Shown piece by piece: positions 49,594 through 59,523 of a DNA stretch of 64,000 nucleotides (positions are counted from its first letter, which is position 1; each line of letters starts with the position of its first letter). The notes under the pieces were generated by a model that saw only the letters and a program-made list of their open reading frames with translations, was not told the DNA's origin and ran no database searches. The DNA is from Azolla caroliniana (Eukaryota > Plantae > Polypodiophyta). The stretch spans positions 7,440,001 through 7,504,000 of the forward strand of contig JBHGNT010000007.1 in assembly GCA_043228905.1 (NCBI GenBank), written 5' to 3'. Both the position numbers and the translations under genes were made by a program.

Positions 49594-50686
49594 TAGGGAT
49601 CGGCAATGGTTCAATTTAAACTTGGCCGGTTTGGCCTTATCCAAGCCAAACCGGTTAAGCCTAAACCGTTTTGGAGTTCTCAAACCTGAACCAAACCAAA
49701 CCGATCCCCAAACCGGTTTAGGCTAAACAGGTTAGGCTTGGACCAGTTTGGGAACCATTGAACACAATTACATTACAATTTACCATTGAACAATTTCATT
49801 ATACAATTCACACAGAGGCTTTGTTTATACTAAACTATTTCATTAAAACCTTATGGTTCCATATTTTCTCTTAATTGTGATGTAGCATAACTGGATTATA
49901 TTGTGATAATCGGTTATTGAAGAATACTCTCTTCCTCATAGGAGCCTTCATGAGAAGTAAATCTAAGCATATGAATAAACTTCGTAAGCAATCCGACTCT
50001 CCTAAGTGAAATTTCCCACTATCCAGATTGCCTAAACAAACATGAATACAATTTCAGTGCAACAAAAAAGAAAGAAATAAAGATATACTAACAGAGAAAC
50101 AAATGAATCTGAATATCAAAACCTTTCCAGTCCAATTCTCTGAAAGGAAATATGCTTCAATATTATTTAACAAAAATGTTTCTTTGATTCTTTGAATCCT
50201 GTCACCGTGTCTTCAATGCTTGCAATGAAATTTTGTTTTGCGAATATCTTGGATATTCACATTTCGAAGTAGTGTGTGATAGATACTTCAATCGAGAGCA
50301 TTGTTTGCGGACTACTTTTTTGGCATTTAAAGATAGGCAAGCAACAAAGCCTTATAATTACTGGATATAGGAACCTAAGAAAGCAAATTAATATAGTATA
50401 TGTAATTACCTGAAGGCTTGTACTATGTGGAGACTCATGAGTTGTCACTTTGTGTGGAGACAGTAGACTTGTGCGTTGTCACTCTATAGTCTCTATTATC
50501 TAACCTAATTCAATCCCATAAACAACTTAATTGGTTTGAGCCAGTTTGGCAAGGCTCAAGCCAAGCCGGGCCGAGCTCAAACTGTTTTAGGTAGGCTCAA
50601 GCCTAAGCTAAGACGAGCCGCTACGCCGTTTTAAACCCGGTTTGGCCAAATGGTTTAGGCTTGAGCCGAGCCGTTGCCGCTCCCTA
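49594..50686. mobile_element. Non-autonomous hAT element (~1.1 kb)
   Basis: TIR taggga(t/g)cggcaa; TSD accaaatc / accaaacc; subterminal aaaccg/ggttt repeats; unique interior. Confidence 0.85.
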
Positions 50687-50785
50687 ACCAAACCTAAGAA
50701 GTATAGGCCTAAGGAGGATACAATCTTCGACAAAATTTGGAAGAGGTTAGAACTATATAAGTTAAATCATTCAAGAAGCTAGTGA

Positions 50786-51347
50786 TAACAATCGGCAACG
50801 GTTCGGTTCGGTTTGAGAGGGTCCAAACCGAACCGGTTTGGAACCGAACCATTAAAAAATGTTGAAACCTGAACCGAACCGCGAAACCTTTAAACCGAAC
50901 CGTTAAACATTTTTCAAACCGTTAAACCATTAAACCGTAAAAACCACGGTTTCGTGGTTCGGTTTCGGTTTTCAACATAGGTCAAATTTATTTTATTTTA
51001 TTTTTAAATTTATAATATTTCACTATTTAGAATTTTTAAAATTTTTAAGATGTTCCTAAAATGTGAGAATAAGAGTAAAAATGAAAAGATTGTTTAAAAA
51101 CAATTTTTAAAATTTTTTAGAATTTTTTTCAAAATTTTTAAAATTTTTTTTAAAAATAAAAAAAATAAAAAAATAAAAACCGTTTAAACCGCGGTTTTTG
51201 ACTGCTGAAACCAAACCGAAACCGAACCGAACCGTTAAAAAAACCTAAACCTAAACCTGAACCGAACCGAACCGTTGAAACCGTTAAGCCGTTAAACCGC
51301 GGTTTCGCGGTTCGGTTCGGTTCAAACCGAACCGTTGCCGATTGTTA
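50786..51347. mobile_element. Young hAT-type MITE (562 bp)
   Basis: Perfect 23-bp TIR taacaatcggcaacggttcggtt; perfect 8-bp TSD GCTAGTGA; dense aaccg subterminal motifs around an AT-rich core. Confidence 0.95.
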
Positions 51348-52001
51348 GCTAGTGACCACATTAAATACTTTTGGAACTTCAAAGATATTTGTTGTATTCT
51401 TCAGAAATAGCATATAACTCAATGTGAACAATTTGAAAAAGCATATGCTTCAATATGAACAATTCAAAGTGACATCGATTAAATTGAACTCGAATTTCAA
51501 TCACATTTTAAAAGCCATCGACATTTCTAATGGGCAAAGTCAATCGTCTCTTCTAATTATAGACGTCAATTGTTTCTCCACTCCTTGCAGTATTGAGTAA
51601 TGGGATGGGATTGTATAATCAGAAGGGAAACAATGTGAAGAAGGGAGAGAACCATTCTTTGGAAAGCAAAGATAAATCAAGAAATAAGCAAGTTCAACGC
51701 GACATCACAAGACAGCAATAGTGAGTGAACATGAGAGAGAGAAAATGCATATAATGGAACAGATTAAAATGATATGGATTAATATACAACTCGGGGTATT
51801 TATTATTATATGCACAATAATAAGTGATAGCCATAGATACAGTCTCGAGGATCCCCCCCCTTTTCCCCCCTAGGGTAAGCGAAAGATAACCAACCTATGA
51901 AAACTTTACACAACTTAAAAGCTTTACACAAAAGGCCAACAGAGCATTTCTCCGAACCAATGGTTACCATAAGCCGGTGTTCAAAATGCATTCAAATACA
52001 C

Positions 52002-54438
52002 TCATCGATCAAGATATTTCTCGATCACTGTCACTAATGTCGCCTTGGGCACGGCTCCAATGATTGTATCTTTTTTCTCCCCATTTTTGAAGATCAACAC
52101 GGTCGGGATGCTTCGGATCCCGTACTCCGACGCGATCTTGTGGCTTTCGTCCGTATTCAGCTTCAGGCATCGGAACCGGCCCGCGTATTGCACCGCCAGC
52201 TCATCGACCAGCGGGGCGATCATCCGGCATGGTCCACACCAGGGAGCCCAAAAATCCACGAGCACGGGAACGTCCGACTCCAACACGAGCTCCTTCCATG
52301 TCTTATCTGTTACTGCACCCGCAGCTGAAAAACACAAGAGACCGAAAGAAACAAGGATATAATTAAACCGTCTTTTAAGACGCTGCAATGGGCTATATAA
52401 GACCAAATACGAGAAGAGATTAAATGTCGTCTCATCTTTGATTTTTTTAGTTTAAGGAGAAAAAGAGAAAGAAAGATATATTTACATCTTCTCAGAGGCC
52501 AAAAATGGGCTATAAGACTAAACAAGTAATTACATCTGAAAATGTTGTCTCCAGTCTTTGATTTTTTATTTATTTATAGAAAGATAGACATATTTATGTT
52601 TGTTTAAGAGACCAAAATGGCCTCTAAGACCAAACAAGGTATTACATCTTTAAATGTTGTCTCAGACTTTGTTATTTGGGAGTGTTAATACGTTACTCTT
52701 CTTTCCGAGTTCTATCGACAAAAGACCTTGTGACTAGGGAGTATTTTAGGACTGCTCCACTTAAATCATTCCCAGATTAACAAATAAGCCTTAGAAAGGA
52801 TACCACAGCAAAAACCCTAGATTTGTACAAAAACCCATAAAATTACTTGAGGATTGCTCAAAATGCATAAAATAGTAGATGGATTTCATCAAAAAATCTT
52901 ATATGCACAGACAAAAACACTTGATCAGCACAAAAAATTGTTCATGGATGGCATCCAAAAACGCTGGATTTCAGAAGAAAACCTGAGAACTCATAAAAAT
53001 GTCAGACAAGAAACCTAGAATTATATTCTATGATTGCGCAAGAAAATTCATGGGATTTCATGAGTATGTTAAGTTCTCTTAATATGTTAGTCATTATGAG
53101 ATCTCTCAACTAAGTGAAGGAATAAGTGAATGATGACATAATTAAGTGCAGAATTCATATAATGCCTCATCAATGGAACTCGAATTGACAAATTTAGAGG
53201 CTTAACATTTTCATGAAATTCGATGGTTATAAAGAAGTGTTCAAGAATTGCAACCAAAATAGCCCATAATTACTCTAGGGTTTCTTTGTTCAGATCCAAA
53301 GATTTTGACAAAACTAGAATAGGCATTCCTCAAGAAAGTTTCAGTTTGCATCACTAACCCGATAATTAGTATAGGATTTTCAAAACAATTTAGGGTTTTC
53401 ACCGAAACATACATGGATGAGACCTAAAAATTGAGCAAAAACCACAAAAGGGAATCCTAAATTTGCCTCAAAAACCATGGAATGACTCTAGTTTTGTGTT
53501 ATTAAGATCCTAGGATTTGCAAAAAGGATACAAGTTTCCACCCAAACATGCATGGATTTTCACCAAAAACCCTATCAATCTTGTAGATTTACACCCAGAT
53601 ACCCTAGAAATAGTCTACGGTTTCTGCTATTAGTATCTGAAAATGCATAAAGTATTATTAAGGTATCACTCAAACACTCATAAAATGTACCAAAGCCCTG
53701 AGACTATTCTAGATTTGCATCAAAATAACCTAGATTGAATCTAATTTGTGCATTCGGTTTCTTCATTAGCTCCTTCACTCAGCTGCGTTGCATCCTCCCA
53801 ACTGATACTCCTTAGTCTAGGAGGACTTGTTTTACATCCTCCCTTTCCCTCAGACATAAGAAGGATCGCAAGATTTGCAAACGATACTATGCGTTTCAAA
53901 TACACGTACAAGAATAGCACCAAAAGACCTAACACTACTCTCGATTTGCATCAAAAACCTTAGAATTGGCGTGTCATTAACTTATTAAGATCCTTTTTCT
54001 GAAAAAGGATTAGGGTTTTTGCCCTGCACACCCATGTGTGAAATCTAAAAACATTAGTTTACTGAATTAAAAACCCTAAAATTACTGTAGAGTTTCTGAT
54101 TTGATAAAAAAAAAAGAAGATAAATGTTTTACCCTGATATACACATGTATGAAATGAATAACACATATAGATAAATAGGTAGATATTTTACCAGATGGAG
54201 CTATGGTTTCTTGCTTCTGTTCGCAGGAGATTGCTCGATTAGCTCTTGGTCGGATCGAAGGAACCATAGCTGAAGAAGAAGAAGAAGAAGAAGGATGAAT
54301 CCTTCTGAGACCCGAGCATAAAGGTATGGAAAGTCGAGCAGAAGAAGAACCCATTAAGCGAGCTCTAACATCAGAGAATTTCGATGGGCCATTGTGAGTA
54401 AACGAAGAAGAAGAAACAGAAGACAAGTCCATCGCCAT
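52002..54438 (-). CDS. TRX-M: Plastid m-type thioredoxin, 2 exons (54438-54192, 52324-52002), 189 aa
   Basis: Ser-rich transit peptide exon; [42 protein letters not shown]; GT-AG intron in compatible phase. Confidence 0.93.
52388..52675. repeat. Three diverged ~112-118-bp tandem units in thioredoxin intron
   Basis: atgg(g)c..taagacc/taaa...aaatgt.gtctc..ctttg repeated three times. Confidence 0.7.
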
Positions 54439-54915
54439 AGCTCGAATTCTAAAAAAACAAAATCGAGAGCTCGGTCTGCGACAGTCGACTGTCTCTCTCT
54501 AATCGAAGGAAAACAGAGAGAGACAGAGATAATCAATCTCATGGAAATCGCCCACTTCAATCGTAGCCGTCCAAATCCGGATGCTGATCCGACGGCCCTC
54601 CCTCTCTCGGCATAATTAATTGGATTGGATTGAGTTTCTTGACCCCCAAAGATATTTATTATTAGTTCTTCAAATTTTTCGTGGACACCATTTTTTTGGA
54701 CGAATTAATCCTCTCTCAGACCCAACAAATGTCATGTAAAAACATGCCATGCATTTCGTGTATCGTCGAATTTGCACCACATTTCATACTAAGAAGAAGA
54801 AGATGAAGACGACGAAATGAGGCTTGCCAGAAGAATCGACATTCGAGAAGTTACCTCACACGACTAAATGCTCGTTTCAATAGAGGGAATTATATGGTTG
54901 TGCAGATTCTACAGG

Positions 54916-55345
54916 TGACCATGTGAGTCAAGCATCGCTAGGCTGGTGAAGACCCGATTTATCACGTCATACATCAAATATGATGCGACGTTGTCTTAAC
55001 GAAAACGATCCATAAATAGGAATGACCATGTGAGTCAAGTGTCACTAGGCTGGTGAAGACCATTTTATCATGACATACATCAAACCTGATGTGAAATTGT
55101 CTAACGAAAACAATCCATAAATAGGGATGCCCATGTGAGTTAAGGCGTCGCTAGGCTATTGAAGACCATTTTATCACATCATACATCAAACTTGATTCAA
55201 CATTATCTAATGGGAACAATCCATAAACAGGAATGACCATGTGAGTCATGCATCACTAGGCTGGAAAAATCCATTTTATCATGTCATACATCAAACTTGA
55301 TGCGACATTGTCTAACGGAAACAATCCATAAATAGGAATGAGCAT
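54916..55345. repeat. Tandem array, 4 x 105-107 bp
   Basis: Units start at 54916, 55023, 55128 and 55234 (tgaccatgtgagtcaag...ccataaataggaa); a partial fifth starts at 55339. Confidence 0.92.
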
Positions 55346-55797
55346 ATGTAGGATCCCATAATGATGTAAGATATGAACAATGTAACATTGCAATGTTTGT
55401 AGGAATCTATTTTGGCAACCTATATAAGCATGTCCAAGTCAATGTTATTCAAAGCTTGAAGTTAAGCATAATATACAGATTCTAATTAGTATTCATGGTG
55501 TCTTGTGTGTATTATGATTAAGTTGACAACATACATGATGTATGTTGCTTCATGTAGTACTTACAAACTCTCAAGACATCAACTAACAAGTAAGTGATGA
55601 ATTATTGCAACCCATGGTCGTTAAAGACAAAGGTGGTTACCTGGCAAATATAAATAGATGTCCACCTCAAATTGGCTATTCATTGTCGATTGAAGGTACA
55701 ACACCAAGACATAATGTTCATAATTGAATGGGTTTGTATCAAGGTCCATGTGAAAGACCACATTAGCATGCAGTGCTATGTCATTATTTCTTGGCAC

Positions 55798-56148
55798 CAT
55801 AGTTATTAAAAAACGCGTATTCTACGTTTATAATACGTTTTACAATACTCTGAAGTATACTAAACGTATTCTGCATTTTAGAACTACCATTTTTCAAATT
55901 TTCACGTATTCTTTGTATTTTGAGAATTCGACATATTCCACTTATTTTACGTATTTAACATTTCAAAATGTTATCGAAAAAATTTAATTATTTTTTTGAA
56001 AAAAAAGCTCTAAAATTTAAGGAGTATTTAACATTTTTTTAACGTATTCAAAGTATTTGATGTATTTTATTTGTAAAATACGTAAAAAACTAGAATACTT
56101 AGGATACGTATTCCATGCGTATTGTATGCTAAGTATTCTACAACAATG
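55798..56148. mobile_element. Probable degenerate MITE (cgtattc/aatacg subterminal motifs)
   Basis: Imperfect termini catagttatt / caacaatg; motif content resembles the 56943-58202 element; TSD not recognisable. Confidence 0.45.
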
Positions 56149-56942
56149 GCATGTTCACAAAATAGTTATTCACCTACTGTAACCCATCAATATGATTGTG
56201 AAGAGGCCAATTCATCAAATAGATGAAGCCTTCCTCAAAAGGGGCAAGTGGAAAAATGGACATGTAATGGGTCATTAATGATTCACTATCATTGCCTCTC
56301 ATCAAGATAACGAGGACGAGGGGGTGAATTTCAAAATCTAGTTGTGAATGGATCAATGTCATTATCAACAACATAAAAGTAATAAATCATTTCATGGGGA
56401 AATTGTATTAGAGGCCACTCTCTATTGTCAAGGATGGTGAAGAATAAAGTAATGAGATACTTGTAGATATTCTTAGAGAGGGATTGTGAGCATTCTTAGA
56501 GGACTTTTCAAACCTCAATTGAATATGTGCCTCGAATATACTTGTAAAGGGGATATTGATGTGTTTTATTCAATGAAATTATACAACAGTAAAAAAACAA
56601 AGCATGATATCATCATTTCTATTGCATTGAAACGTGGGACCCAACTCATCACTCATGACGAGGTGTATCAAGTTTGAGGTTCAGGAGACTAAACTATCAA
56701 AGATCAAATCCAAATTGACTAATGTTACAAGACATTCCTCATTAGTGGAGATATTCCTATAAACTTCTTCTTAGCACAACTTAGAATGTAGAATGTTCAC
56801 AAACATCAAACATGCCACATGCACAATGAGTCAAATGTTCATTGACAAATGATTTATAATGTAGGGCATGTTTAGATTCATGCTCTACAATGCCTTACTA
56901 TTGGCAATACTTATAATGTTAACCTCATTATAACCTTAGCAT

Positions 56943-58202
56943 CAAGGTTGTTAGGTACGTTAGGTACGGTACGGATACCATACGTATTTAACGTATTAAT
57001 ACCCGTATAGTACTTCCCAATTTAAAAATACGTTAAATACGTTTTCTTAATATGTTAAATACTTATAAAATACGTATAGTACGTTAAATACTTCTAGAAT
57101 TTGAAAATTATTTACCTTTCTAAAAAATATCTATAATATTGTAAAAAACATCTATGTTTACACAATTTTGTGATGTACAATATAGTTCTACATCCTAAAA
57201 TGCATATCAGACATTTGAATATTTCCCATCCTAAAATACTTGTAGTAATATGGATGTCGAGATTCCCTTATTCTATAAATCAGTGTAAGTGTGTATCACG
57301 ATGTTCTACTTCAAATTGTAATTATTTACAATTATGCCTTCATAGATTGAGGTATCGTCTACGATTATCACACTCATGATAGGTTTCTCTTTTCTTCGTT
57401 TTCTTCTTCTTCTTCTTCTTCTTCTTCTTCTTCTTCTTCTATCTTCTGCGATTATCACACTCAGGATAGGTTCATGTCTTCTTTTCTCTCTTCTTCTTCT
57501 TCTTCTTCTTCATCGTCGTCTCTTCTATTCTTCTTTCTTCTTTCCTTTGGCTTCTTTTTCACTAAAATCTTTTTTTTCTTTTGCTTTTTATTAGGGTTTT
57601 ACTTACATTTTCTTTATAAATACGTATTTTTTTTTCTTATTTGTTTATACTACTTTAGTATTTTTTATCTTTGGCTCACCCGAAGGCTACAACTCACATG
57701 AAGTCATGTTTTATTAGCAGTACATAGTCCATCAAGGGGTGTACCGAATGGTACGAGTGAAATACATGCACAGGATGACCTCTAGGATATGATGAGACTC
57801 GCACCACGTTCCATCATGCAACTTGTAGACAAGCTACATTTTACCTTCTTCATCGTCGAAACCGTCACTATCTTCGCCGTCGTCACTTACGGGCACAAAC
57901 CGCCCTTCACTGTCACCATCTGCATCGTTGCCACTATCTTCGTCGTCGTCACTTACGAGCACAAACCACCCTTTTTAGGTACCACATGTATGTTGGTGTG
58001 GGGAGACTTGAACTTCCAACCTAGCGGTTGGAGTACTTTATAAATACGTATTATACCTGTTTTTTTATAAATACATTAAATAATGTATTGGACAAATATA
58101 CATGATATTTGACTGAACAACATTGAGGTATAGTACGTACTATACAAATGATGAGGTACTATACGTATTTAAATGTTAAATACGGGTATGTAAACAACCA
58201 TG
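56943..58202. mobile_element. Non-autonomous hAT element (1.26 kb)
   Basis: Perfect 8-bp TSD CTTAGCAT; TIR ca(a/t)ggttgtt; subterminal tacgta/aatacg motifs. Confidence 0.85.
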
Positions 58203-59117
58203 CTTAGCATTAATCTCTTTTACAATGGAAACAAAGTTCAATTGAACATGCTACAATCAACACATGTCGTTAACCCCAAACTTGATTCATTTGATGATTT
58301 ATTGGAAAGATGAAATTATTTGCATAACATAAATTATTCATTTCCAAGCTATAAACTATTTGCCACTCTTGTGTTTTAAACCATTACGTATGTAACCAAC
58401 ATTAATTGCTCATCGTTTCTGGTTGCATGGTCTTTGATGATTTCGACACAAAGAGTGTGTTCATGTTTAATATGTCATTTTACATGGTAACCTTTAATGT
58501 AGATGCCACATCACAATTTATGCTACAGAGAGATGATGATATGGTAATAAGTTTATTGCAAATGATACATTTAATACAAGTTTCAAATTTGCCTACTTGT
58601 TTGAATGATGTGTGATCTACATTTGTTCTCAAAGTGGGCCTTTACTAAATTGGTATTTTTACCTCATGGTGGAGTTTGTCTATCAAGTTTGAACAACACT
58701 TTGCCTTATTGTTCAATAGATGGGTTGTGTTAGCTCTAGGTGTGTTACACGGAAGGCACGTTTACGTGTTGCTAGAGTTTAGCCTCCACGTCAATTTAGT
58801 TGGTTGAGGGGTTTAGACCGACCCCATTGGTGGTGAGCTCTGCGAGACTAGTTGTCAAGTGTTCTTGAGTCGTTAGCATCACAAACTCTAACTCCATAAC
58901 TCTCACTTTCCTCTCCACAAAGACTATGTTAGTAAGAATATGGTAAAAACGTTTCAGAAGCTTAAGCATTAAATATGTCACAATAAGTAAATAAATGCTC
59001 ATGACAAAGTTTTAACCACATGCCGATTACTAAATAATCACAAAACATACATTGGGTAGAGTGATTAGTAATTAACTTGGAAGTGTTTAACACTAATCAT
59101 TCATTAAACATGAAGCA

Positions 59118-59169
<52 letters not shown>

Positions 59170-59173
<4 letters not shown>

Positions 59174-59505
59174 ACCCAAAATCAGAGATGGAGATTGTTT
59201 TTCTATTTCTAAGATATTGGGGATTGCGTCATAATTGGAATATGCGCAACACTTTTGTATTCGATGGTAGACATGGGGTGAAAGCATATCTACGAAAGTT
59301 GAAAGGAGTACTAATGTGGCAATTTTCTTTATTGGAGCAAGTGGAGATTCTTTCCTTGGTGGAGTGTTCGTCTTGCCTATTGGCAATTCAACATGTTCCA
59401 CTACCCATGTAGTGTGGTTAGTGGGTGACCATACTCTATTGTCACACCCATTGTAAGTAGTGTTTTTTACACACGTTTATCAATATAATTGTGTATTTTC
59501 ACCTC
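59170..59505 (+). mobile_element. Short 3' fragment of an L1-type LINE between (GA)n tracts
   Basis: FLRYWGL..WNMRNTFVFDG resembles the C-terminus of the 44936..46111 element (FLRYWGLW). Confidence 0.7.
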
Positions 59506-59523
59506 TGAGAGAGAGAGAGAGAG

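Noticed and set aside
12187-54438. Functional gene cluster (rRNA methylase, AP endonuclease, nucleolar RRM protein, thioredoxin)
   Set aside because: Unrelated housekeeping genes acting in different compartments; no shared regulatory structure is visible.
54916-55345. CRISPR array or hammerhead ribozyme array
   Set aside because: Units are similar along their whole length (no unique spacers) and there are no cas genes in this eukaryotic context. ctggtga/ctgatgt...gaaa resemble but do not match the CUGANGA-stem-GAAA core with correct spacing.
57376-57701. Poly-Leu / poly-Ser membrane-like ORFs
   Set aside because: Artefacts of (CTT)n tracts inside a hAT element.
55400-58740. Degenerate copia integrase/RT remnants around the MITEs
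   Set aside because: Only faint hints (TTPRHN-like near 55697, DDMVI near 58535); boundaries and orientation cannot be supported.
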